A stretch of DNA of 64,000 nucleotides from Terriglobia bacterium. Lineage in GTDB: Bacteria > Acidobacteriota > Terriglobia > 20CM-2-55-15. A program made the translations under genes and the position numbers. Location of the stretch: positions 256,134-320,133 of the forward strand of contig CBDCFM010000018.1 in NCBI GenBank assembly GCA_965216035.1, in the 5' to 3' direction. Below, in pieces: positions 56,124 to 64,000 of this stretch (position 1 is the first letter of the stretch; every line of letters begins with the position of its first letter). The notes beneath the pieces are model-generated. The model saw only the letters and a list, made by a program, of their open reading frames with translations, did not search any database and had not been told where the DNA came from.

Positions 56124-58145
56124 CTAAGGCGTGATCTGCACTCGTGTTTGCCAGAAGGCGAAGTCCTGGCCTTCCGGATGCAGGATCGACATCTGGAACG
56201 TGAATTCGCCTGTTGGCAGCCGGCCGGGAGGTATTGTGATCCTGAAAGGCAGGGCTCCAGGCGCGCGATCCGTCGGGAGGCCAGCTGCGAAGGCGGGCGA
56301 CTCGTAGACGCGTTCCTGCCCGCGATGAAGGGTGATGAAGGCTACAGCGCCACCGTTCCCTTCGACGGTCCTGGTGTAGGCTTCCAGATACACGTAGAGC
56401 GGCTTGCGTCGGCTGAAGGTGCGGTTGATGGCCGGAACGAGCTGGTATCCATCCTCGTCGAGGAGCGGACTGTGTGCAGCTCCCGCACTGCCCCTTGGGC
56501 CATCGGCGTTGTACAGGACCTCATCCACATCCGTTCGCTGGTTGCCCATCACGACTGAGCTGACAGGCAGCAGCCGCGTCGTGGCGTCCGCCAGGTCGGG
56601 AACGACAAGAGGGCTTTGGTAGGCCCCCATTCGTCCAGTGCCGGAGTTGCGGACAACGAACCGGAGCGTGTATCGGCCGGGCTGGAGCCTGAAAGCTGTG
56701 TCGTACTGAACGGGCCGGGATGCGAGCGGCGGAACTCCGACGTCTTCGCCGAGCCCTATATCCACGTGATCACGGAGGCGCGTCACCACGGCTCCGGCAA
56801 CACCTCTGATCTCACCGACAAAATCGATTCGAGTGCTCTCCGCGCCGGCCTCCTCGGTCAGCAGGAGTTCGTTGCCGGCTATCCTCAGCGACACCGGGAC
56901 AAAATACTCTGACTCGGTTGCCCTGAAGTAGCTTGCCTGACCCACAACGGTAAGGTCGGTCACGGGGTCTCCGAGGAGCAGAGCCTCTTCGAGTTGCCTC
57001 TCCCGGTCGGCGGCTGTGTATTGACTGAAGTCCTTATGGGCGTAGTAGCTGTCCTGATAGGACAAGTTTCCGGACCGAGTGCTCAAGTCGATGTCCACCC
57101 GACGCAAACGCCCGTCCTCACTCCTGTTGGTCGGATAGTACCCGATGACGTAGTAACCGGACGTGGCGTGCTGCGCCGCTGCGATTCCGGCAACGAGATC
57201 GTTCGAGTCCAGAAACGCCATGCCCCCGGTATCTGCCGCCAGCGTGTACAGGGCATCCTGGGTCTGCTGAAACGCGTTGAGCACGCTCATAGTCGAACTG
57301 GTCGTGTATGCGGCAATCCCCCCGGGGGACGCCCGATCCGCGTTTCCGATCGGGGCAAAGGCCGCGAGACCACGGGAATCTATCGGGAAGATGGACACAT
57401 TGGCACGGACCGCGTCATTCAGCGTCGCTCGCAGTTGCGCCTGATTGTTGATACCGAGACTCACTCCGTTAGAGAAATAGATCAGCGATTTGGCCTGATT
57501 GATACGCCCGAGAGCTCGGGCGGCGCTCTGGAGAGCTATCAGACGCCGGTCTGCGGCAAAGATGTCGAAGCCATCGGCAATGTCCGGGTAAAGATCCTGA
57601 GCGAGACCGCGAAGGGCGGCCAGCAGGTCGCCGCGGTCCGCTGTAAACTCCCGAAGCCGCGCTACCGCACCACCCGAATACGCGAAGATCGCGACCAGAT
57701 CTGACGCACGCATCTCGTCGGTGACGAACTTCCGCGCTGCGCTGAACGTGCGCGTCTTCTCCGGCCCGGACATCCCGGTGAGGTCGAAGTAGAACGCCAG
57801 GAGTCGTCTATCCGTGTACTGATGCTTTGAAGGCGCTTCCCGATTCAGGTCGACTGAGTCGACCGACACGGGAACCTCGCCGGAGCCGACTGGTGAAGGA
57901 AGCACGGTGTTGTCGATCCTGTGAAACTCGAACACACTGATGTTCTGGGGGACGCCGTCCTCGGTAACGACGAAGTCCCCCGGCGTGAGACCCTCAATCG
58001 CAAGACCGTCGCGGTCCCTCACCTCAACGGTCCGGACCACGAGCTGGGTTTCCAGTCGCAACACCAGCGGTTCGCCGGACTCCTGACCGACGAGGGACGC
58101 CGGGAGGAGCCCGCACGACATCAGAATGGCGGTGAGGCGTCGCAT
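56124..58145 (-). CDS. VWFA-related Acidobacterial domain protein (TIGR03436-like), secreted
   Basis: Signal peptide. N-terminal LRLETQLVVRTVEVRDRDGLAIEGLTPGDFVVTEDGVPQNISVFEF pattern typical of this family, followed by a VWA-like core (LLAFYFDLTGMSGPE...SDLVAIFAYSGG). 673 aa. Confidence 0.65.
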   Translation of the reverse strand: MRRLTAILMSCGLLPASLVGQESGEPLVLRLETQLVVRTVEVRDRDGLAIEGLTPGDFVVTEDGVPQNISVFEFHRIDNTVLPSPVGSGEVPVSVDSVDLNREAPSKHQYTDRRLLAFYFDLTGMSGPEKTRTFSAARKFVTDEMRASDLVAIFAYSGGAVARLREFTADRGDLLAALRGLAQDLYPDIADGFDIFAADRRLIALQSAARALGRINQAKSLIYFSNGVSLGINNQAQLRATLNDAVRANVSIFPIDSRGLAAFAPIGNADRASPGGIAAYTTSSTMSVLNAFQQTQDALYTLAADTGGMAFLDSNDLVAGIAAAQHATSGYYVIGYYPTNRSEDGRLRRVDIDLSTRSGNLSYQDSYYAHKDFSQYTAADRERQLEEALLLGDPVTDLTVVGQASYFRATESEYFVPVSLRIAGNELLLTEEAGAESTRIDFVGEIRGVAGAVVTRLRDHVDIGLGEDVGVPPLASRPVQYDTAFRLQPGRYTLRFVVRNSGTGRMGAYQSPLVVPDLADATTRLLPVSSVVMGNQRTDVDEVLYNADGPRGSAGAAHSPLLDEDGYQLVPAINRTFSRRKPLYVYLEAYTRTVEGNGGAVAFITLHRGQERVYESPAFAAGLPTDRAPGALPFRITIPPGRLPTGEFTFQMSILHPEGQDFAFWQTRVQITP

Positions 58146-58148
58146 AGA

Positions 58149-61100
58149 TCAGAACCTTACTTTGAGAGACGGGCGAATCGTTCTCATCGGATTGGCACTC
58201 ACCGGCCAGCCGAACTGCGTGCTGTTCAGAGACGTATTCCAGTCGGTAAAGGTCACATGGTTGAGAACGTTCGTCACATCGACACGGAAATCCAGCAATA
58301 GTCCGTCGCTCGTGCGGAACGTCCGTCCCAGAGATGCATCCAATGTGAATTGAGTCGGACCGGTGAGGGAGTTCCTGCCGGCATTGCCCCACTCGCCCGG
58401 TGGCGGAAGGGAGAACGCAGCGGAATTCAGCCGGGCTTCCCCCGTATCTGTGAACAACGGCTCACCCGTGCGGTCGGGGCGCAGACTTCCTGTCATGCCG
58501 GTTCCCTGAGCGGGAGTGGCAAGCCCGGGAGTCATCGGTGATCCGCTGGCTACGATCCATTCCGTGGTCAGTGTCCACTCGCGCAGAAGCGTCCCCAGCC
58601 AGCCAGTCGACTCGTCCCCGAGGCCGGCGAGCAGGCCGGTGGAATAGAAGGTCTGTGCGCGCATCTGGTGCCGTCGGTCGAAGTTCGACAGGGCACGCTC
58701 GGCCGCTCGGTCCTGCCAGTTCTGGGCGACATGGATGCCTCCGAGACCGGCGTCGTCGATTGCTTTGGACCAGGTGTACTGAATGTTCGTTCCCCACCCG
58801 TTCCGCTGTCGCCGCAGGAGTGCGATAGTGCCCGCATGCTGATGAGAGCTTCCGTCCGAGGCCAGGTAGACATAGCCGGACGGACAAGAGGTGCAGGCAC
58901 CTACCTGTTCACGGGGGAACGTCTGGGGCAAGATGCGCCGTGGCAGATTCGCTCCCTGCACGCCTGCATACGTGGCCGTGAGCTGGAACGCTGCAGGCAG
59001 GTCCTGCTGGAGGGACAGTTGCCAGTTCCGCGTCCGTCCCACTCGGAATTCCGGATCGACGGCAAATGTGTTGGGGATAGTCGAAGCTGCGCCGAAACCG
59101 TTCGCCAGTGTCAGGGGTGTCAACGGACCGTTCTCCATGCTCAGGCTGGTCGACAGCGGGGATTGCTGCGCCATCGCTCCGGCAATCGAATGGTAGACGC
59201 CGGCACCACGGTAGATTCCGAATCCTGCCCGAACCACCAGGGATGCCCCTGCGATCGGACGCCACGCGATACCGATGCGGGGCTGCACGTGCGTTCTGTC
59301 GGGCCGGACCAGAGAGACAGAAAAGGACTGGCTGGTCAAGGAGCCCTCGGGCCGACTGCCAAGGACCGGAGCCACAGCAGCGAATCCCGGAGCGATGTCG
59401 AGGTTTACAAGACGGCCGTACTTCTCGGTCACAGGGGATTCGTAGTCCCACCGTACTCCGATGTTGATCGTGAGCCCGGGCGTCACCCTCCAGTCATCCA
59501 TGACATAGACGTCGTAGGCCGACTGCCGAAAATACTTGTCTGGATTGCCAAAAGCAATGGAACTGGTGGTCGGAATGCCGAGCAGAAAGTCCGCGAAGTC
59601 AATGCCGCTCGCCGCGCCGGTGAAGGTGAACGTGCCCCGCGCGTTCTCCTGGGAGAGCACGTTGATCTGCTCCCTGTTCATGCCAGCCCCGAGAGTCAAA
59701 GTGTGGGCGTTTCGGGTCCACGTGCTGCTGTAGGAAAAAGCCCCTGATTGTGTCCGGTCATAGGCGGCCGGACCGTCCGACAGCCCGGCGATCCCGTCTG
59801 AAAAATCGAGGCGGGGTGGCCCCCAGTCGCGGGGTTCCTGCCCGTTGCCGCTGATTCCCGCATCACCGGATACATTGACGCGATGGGCAAACTGGGGCGT
59901 CGTCCGGGTCGATCGCCGGGTGAACGTGTACTGCGCGAACGCTGAGAAGGAGGGTGTGAACACCCGGGACCAGGAGAAACTCGAACTCAGTGTCGATGAG
60001 CGCAGTCGATCGACAAAGGAGAAGAGGTTCTGATTGTCGGCGCGGGAGCTCTGGAAGCCGAAGCTGCCGGAAAACCGATTCCCGCCGATCTCGCCACCCG
60101 TCTGAAACTGAAGGTTGTCCCGATGGGACACGCCAGGTGTCTGGGCTTGGTAGTTGTAGCCGGTGTCGACGCCTGGGTCTGGCAGTGGATAGAAATTGAG
60201 CAAGTAGGCGGCCGGAAAACTAAGCCGGTTCGGCGGTATAACGTTGCCCGGAAACGGCAAGCCCGTGTCGGGATCGATCAGGACTTCGGATCGTTCTGAG
60301 AAGTTGCCGGACCGCTCGGCCGGAGTGGGCACACGGGCCGCTTGAAGGCCGACATCCCGATTCTGCCCGCGACCATAGATCAGAGTGAAGGCAGGTCCTT
60401 GACGATCGGAGAACGGAATACCCAGCGGGCCGGATACGCTGACCAATACATCGGCGCGGTTGTGAGCCGGTTGAGGGATATTCTGCCCTGTAACAGAAAA
60501 GGGTCGGGCATCCAGTGCGGATCCGTTCGCCGCGATGTCGATATCTGCCGTGTAGAGCGAGAGTCCCCGGCTGCGGTTGTTTCCGAACTCTCTGCCCGAT
60601 CCGTCGTTGACACTGCCGTTGATGAGGAGGACTTCTGAAGCCGGATCATCGGTCTCGCTTGCGAACAGAGGATTCTGGAGAAATGTCGGGTCGACCCGGC
60701 CGTCCCGACGAGATCGGGGGACAGCGTCGAAGCCGGATATTCCTGGTGTCAGTCCATCGATAGACAGGGCCTGCAGTTCCCAAGTGGCCGCCCCGCTGTC
60801 GGGAGCGACTTTTACGTCCCGTTCCAGCTGGACGAAACCCGGCATCTCGAGGCGGACGGTCCATATGCCATCGTCCAGCCCCGGGCAGGAATAGACGCCT
60901 TCCGAGTCGGTGATCGCGCGAAACTCCGCGTGTCCACGCGCAACCCGAATCACGACCCCCGGAACCGGCACAGTACCGGCATACACGTACCCGCGATGTT
61001 CTGAGGCCGAATAGGCGGGGAGTTCAGTCGCGAGGAACAGACCGAGAACGAAGACGAGCCAGGTTTGGTGGAGCCTCACGGATGCTTTCCGGCATGACAT
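58149..61100 (-). CDS. TonB-dependent receptor with N-terminal carboxypeptidase-regulatory-like domain
   Basis: Start at MSCRKASVRLHQTWLVFVLGLFLATELPAYS (signal peptide; the ORF track start at 61169 is in-frame). CarboxypepD_reg block GTVPVPGVVIRVARGHAEFRAITDSEGVYSCPGLDDGIWTVRLEMPGF. About 900-aa barrel. C-terminus ...RPSLKVRF. Confidence 0.85.
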   Translation of the reverse strand: MSCRKASVRLHQTWLVFVLGLFLATELPAYSASEHRGYVYAGTVPVPGVVIRVARGHAEFRAITDSEGVYSCPGLDDGIWTVRLEMPGFVQLERDVKVAPDSGAATWELQALSIDGLTPGISGFDAVPRSRRDGRVDPTFLQNPLFASETDDPASEVLLINGSVNDGSGREFGNNRSRGLSLYTADIDIAANGSALDARPFSVTGQNIPQPAHNRADVLVSVSGPLGIPFSDRQGPAFTLIYGRGQNRDVGLQAARVPTPAERSGNFSERSEVLIDPDTGLPFPGNVIPPNRLSFPAAYLLNFYPLPDPGVDTGYNYQAQTPGVSHRDNLQFQTGGEIGGNRFSGSFGFQSSRADNQNLFSFVDRLRSSTLSSSFSWSRVFTPSFSAFAQYTFTRRSTRTTPQFAHRVNVSGDAGISGNGQEPRDWGPPRLDFSDGIAGLSDGPAAYDRTQSGAFSYSSTWTRNAHTLTLGAGMNREQINVLSQENARGTFTFTGAASGIDFADFLLGIPTTSSIAFGNPDKYFRQSAYDVYVMDDWRVTPGLTINIGVRWDYESPVTEKYGRLVNLDIAPGFAAVAPVLGSRPEGSLTSQSFSVSLVRPDRTHVQPRIGIAWRPIAGASLVVRAGFGIYRGAGVYHSIAGAMAQQSPLSTSLSMENGPLTPLTLANGFGAASTIPNTFAVDPEFRVGRTRNWQLSLQQDLPAAFQLTATYAGVQGANLPRRILPQTFPREQVGACTSCPSGYVYLASDGSSHQHAGTIALLRRQRNGWGTNIQYTWSKAIDDAGLGGIHVAQNWQDRAAERALSNFDRRHQMRAQTFYSTGLLAGLGDESTGWLGTLLREWTLTTEWIVASGSPMTPGLATPAQGTGMTGSLRPDRTGEPLFTDTGEARLNSAAFSLPPPGEWGNAGRNSLTGPTQFTLDASLGRTFRTSDGLLLDFRVDVTNVLNHVTFTDWNTSLNSTQFGWPVSANPMRTIRPSLKVRF

Positions 61101-61184
61101 GGCCGAACCCTGGCAATCGCGGACGTAGTGCGTCACCGGAATCGGTTCTTCCGCTGGATCTGTCGTCAACGGCGGCTCCGACGG

Positions 61185-61583
61185 TCAGGGAGCCGTCTGT
61201 ACCTCGAAATTGATGGTCCCGCGGACATCGGTCAGTGCCAGACGGATGGTCCAGGCTCCTGGCGACCCGCTCCCGATACCCGTAGTTCCGCTCGGTGCCA
61301 GCGGTTGCATGTGCTGTTGTACTCCGAGGCGGTCTGTGATGGTCAGAATGGCCGTACCCGAGGTGATAGCGCTCGAGTGGTTGACATTGGCGTTCGTCTG
61401 GGTGTTCTGCCATGTCCACTGGAGTGTCTGGGTCACACCGTCGAGATTCGAAGCCTGGAAGGCAAAGTTGTCCGTCTCATTGGTGAGCTGAGACTGGAAA
61501 GCCGGATCGGTCAGGACGTTCTTGTTTCCACAGCCCGCGGCCAGCAGAACGACAGCCGCCAGTATCATTCCCTTGAGTCTCAT
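61185..61583 (-). CDS. hypothetical lipoprotein upstream of the TonB-dependent receptor
   Basis: Start at MRLKGMILAAVVLLAAGCGN (lipobox LAAGC). 132 aa, Thr/Gln/Asn-rich. Co-oriented with and 84 nt upstream of the receptor gene. Confidence 0.5.
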   Translation of the reverse strand: MRLKGMILAAVVLLAAGCGNKNVLTDPAFQSQLTNETDNFAFQASNLDGVTQTLQWTWQNTQTNANVNHSSAITSGTAILTITDRLGVQQHMQPLAPSGTTGIGSGSPGAWTIRLALTDVRGTINFEVQTAP

Positions 61584-62346
61584 GATTGGTATCTCCGTTC
61601 CTTGTTTGACGGTGTTGCCGCCTCTCTGCCCAAGCAACCCGCCGTTCAATTGCAGCATGGGGACACGGACCGGGCAACAAAGGGTCCGAAACGATCGTGA
61701 AGACAGCGGGAAACCCAATGCCTCGAGCGGTGTGAAGCCCGAGGCATCTTTGGTCTCCTGTCGCAATAACCAGGGACGTGCTCATGACAGGATCCGGGTG
61801 TGTCCGATGGCAGGAAGGCGGGCAGGGCCCCCGGCGGCCTCTACATCAGGAGGGAGAAACTTGCGTACAGAACATTGTTGTCGAGCCCGGGATTGAATGA
61901 TGTCGTGTCAGCATTCGAGATATGAACAAAGCGATAGCCAAAGCGCAGCAAATGAGTGTTGCCGACCTGCCATCGTGCGCCGCCTCCAAAGTCGAAGATG
62001 AAATTGACGCGACTTGCCTCGGCAAGATCGACCGGAACGGGTCGCATTGAAGCGATGATCCCTCCATGAACGCGAGGCGGGTGATGCGGTGCAACGAAAA
62101 GAGCACGTCGGACTCCTGCAATGTCAGGCCAGTTGGCCGTGTCCTCCGGATTCTACTGCCTTAGAAACAGGCTCTGATCCGCACGCAGGTGCCACGGGCG
62201 CGGACTTTAGTGGAGGGTGTGGCGTGACGGCGGGCGGTCACACGAGGCTACACTGGGGGTCTAATACTTTAGACTGCACGTGACGTCCAGGTTCCCCAGT
62301 CCCGTTCCTGGATGCCGAGACTTCGCTGATAAGGCGTGCGATAGAT

Positions 62347-62407
62347 CCCCCCTTGTCGCCAAGGGTTTACCCATCCTGCGGTAGTGAATAGCTCTACCCT
62401 TCGGCGT
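62347..62407 (+). repeat. intergenic repeat family, copy 3
   Basis: C6 + CTTGTCGCCAAGGGTTTACCCATCCTGCGGTAGTGAATAGCTCTACCCTTCGGCGT, 100% identical to copy 1 over 56 nt. Lies about 200 nt upstream of family A copy 3. Confidence 0.7.
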
Positions 62408-62612
62408 CACACAGGAGTGATTCGATATGTATAATTTGATGTGTGAGCGGCTCTTCTGACTACTGGCGGACACTTCACACTGCGCTCCGCGAGTACGAAG
62501 AGCAGCTCACCGCACAACGAGCCGCGTTAGACGTTCGGATTGCCCAGCTGGTACAGACCATTGGCAGAAGCCTAACGCGACTCTGCGGACTGGTCCATAT
62601 CGGAGGACGTCC

Positions 62613-63360
62613 ATGAGAGGGCTAGTTCTCGCTTTCACCGTGCTGGCGCTTATCGCAGGCAGAGAGTCGGAGCCTGTGGCGGCCCAGAGCGTGGCTTCGG
62701 GGCAGCGGACGCCGGTTCCACGCACGCCGTGGGGCGACCCCGATCTGCAGGGGCTGTGGAACTTTGGCACCAACACGCCACTTCAGCGGCCTCCGGAATG
62801 GGCCGGCCGTCAGTGGCTGACCGAGGAGGAAGTGGCGGCTGTCAACCTCGAGTGGTCGACGTTCGCGACCTCCGAGCGCCGGAGCGAGTTGACCCCGGAA
62901 TACGACCTCTCCCTCAACTCCAACCAGTTCTGGTGGGACCTCGGCACCTCGACCGGACGGACGTCGCTCGTCACCGATCCCGTGGACGGCCGGTTGCCGC
63001 CCCTGACGCCGGAGCGGCAGGCCTATGAGGCGACGCCCGAGGCGCACCGGTTGCAGGCGGTCAGATGGGGGCTTGCGCCAGCGCGCGGCTTGGAGGACTT
63101 GGAGCTCAATGACCGCTGTCTCGTTGACCGCCAAGTGCCGATTACCTCGAGCAGCGACAACAATCACGTCCAGATCCTGCAATCGCCCGGATACGTCGTC
63201 ATCCTTCTGGAAAAGATCCATGACGCCCGTATCGTCCCGGTGACCGACCAGCCCGACTTGCCCGATCAAGTCCGGCAGTGGCTGGGCGTGTCGCGCGGGC
63301 ACTGGGACGGAGACACGCTCGTCGTCGAGACGAAGAACTTCGACGCCCGAGCGGACTTCT
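62613..63360 (+). pseudogene. hypothetical secreted protein, family A (copy 3), 3'-truncated by IS256 insertion
   Basis: Signal peptide MRGLVLAFTVLALIAG. Conserved blocks (DLQGLWNF, PGYVVILLEKIHDARIV, HWDGDTLVVETKNFDAR). Homology to copies 1 and 2 stops after ...FDARADF, where the reading frame runs into IS terminal sequence (LELLSKVVFRRLIQAAV*). Confidence 0.6.
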
Positions 63361-64000
63361 TAGAGTTATTGTCAAAAGTGGTGTTTAGGAGATTGATTCA
63401 AGCGGCGGTCTGATCGAGCTTTGTCACTTCGATTCCATCGTTAAATTTCACTCCAGTAATCACCTTGACCAGATCATCGAATCCTCGTAATCGTCGCCAG
63501 TTCTTCTCAGCGCACTGACCCAGCTTGAACATCATGTGCAGCATTCCATCCCGTGTCAGGCAGCCTCTGGATCGCTTGGTTCGGTGTCGAATGGTGGCAA
63601 AGGTCGATTCAATGGGATTAGTCGTTCGGATGCTCTGCCAGTGCTTGGCCGGAAAGCCGTAAAAGGCCAGCAGTTCTTCTCTGTCTTTCTGCAGGCAGAC
63701 AGTGGCTTTCGGATACTTCGGCTCATAGGTTTCAATGAACAGATCGAATGCCTTCTCGGCATCTGCGTGTGTCTCAGCCTTCCAGATCGCGTGCAGTGCC
63801 TGTTTCGCTTTCGCCTGGACCGACTTGGGTAAGCAGTTGAGCACATTCATGGTCTTGTGCATCCAGCAGCGTTGTTGGTGTGTCTCGGGATAGATTTCCT
63901 CCAGTGCGGCCCAGAACCCCATCGCCCCGTCACCGATGGCCAACTTCGGAATATTCATCCCTCGGGACTTCAGCTTCAACAAGACCTCACGCCAACTCTG
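63350..64000 (-). mobile_element. IS256-family insertion sequence, partial (continues past window end)
   Basis: Contains the C-terminal two thirds of an IS256/Mutator-type transposase. The approximate junction is where family A copy 3 loses homology (about 63350-63360). Confidence 0.7.
63398..64000 (-). CDS. IS256 family transposase, N-terminus outside window
   Basis: DGAMGFWAALEEIYPETHQQRCWMHKTMNVLNCLPKSVQ...IWKAETHADAE...KYPKATVCLQKDREELLAFYGFPAKHWQSIRTTNPIESTFATIRHRTKRSRG matches IS256-family conserved blocks (DGL.GF..A....P....QRC..HK.RN....LPK; HW..IRTTNPIES.F). Frame open to nt 64000. Confidence 0.85.
   Translation of the reverse strand, partial: QSWREVLLKLKSRGMNIPKLAIGDGAMGFWAALEEIYPETHQQRCWMHKTMNVLNCLPKSVQAKAKQALHAIWKAETHADAEKAFDLFIETYEPKYPKATVCLQKDREELLAFYGFPAKHWQSIRTTNPIESTFATIRHRTKRSRGCLTRDGMLHMMFKLGQCAEKNWRRLRGFDDLVKVITGVKFNDGIEVTKLDQTAA

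Noticed and set aside
56994-57704. 236-aa plus-strand ORF
   Set aside because: Antisense to the VWFA-related gene.
58668-59747. 359-aa plus-strand ORF
   Set aside because: Antisense within the CarboxypepD_reg TonB receptor.

Overview
High-GC (about 60-65%) chromosomal window that looks like an Acidobacteriota-type genome or metagenome contig. The evidence for that is three TonB-dependent receptors (one with a CarboxypepD_reg N-domain), a 'VWFA-related Acidobacterial domain' protein, and many secreted hydrolases. No rRNA, tRNA or CRISPR was seen.

Recognisable content:
- a complete MoxR/DUF58/VWA/TPR (Bat-like) operon with a rho-independent terminator;
- glnK-amt;
- an orphan xanthine-dehydrogenase-family Mo subunit beside a DUF169 gene;
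- several MBL-fold, amidohydrolase, M19 dipeptidase, NHL and SMP-30 proteins;
- an SRAP (YedK) gene next to a MoaD-like gene;
- a FabZ-KAS-ACP-ketoreductase cassette whose KAS gene is split by a full IS630-family element with a TA target duplication;
- a partial IS256-family element at the window end, truncating another gene.

Features that the standard annotation would not explain:
1. A 568-605 aa protein fusing an N-terminal cytoplasmic TIR domain, one TM helix, Pro-rich spacers and a periplasmic TonB C-terminal domain. It carries a G10 homopolymer that switches frame near its 3' end.
2. A duplicated two-gene secreted cassette (a ~130 aa 'HH...WRNPH' protein plus a ~285 aa protein). It is present twice in full, each time near a paralogous TonB-dependent receptor with an unusual helical N-terminal extension. 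A third copy of the 285 aa gene is cut by IS256.
3. A 60-76 nt intergenic repeat in three copies. Two copies are 100% identical over 56 nt, and there is a variable poly-C at the 5' edge.
4. Several decaying genes: a split KAS, a B3-MBL-like gene with an in-frame TAA and a degenerate His motif, and a frame-broken region at 42.4-44.1 kb.

All calls are from reading the sequence and the ORF track only. No database search was run.
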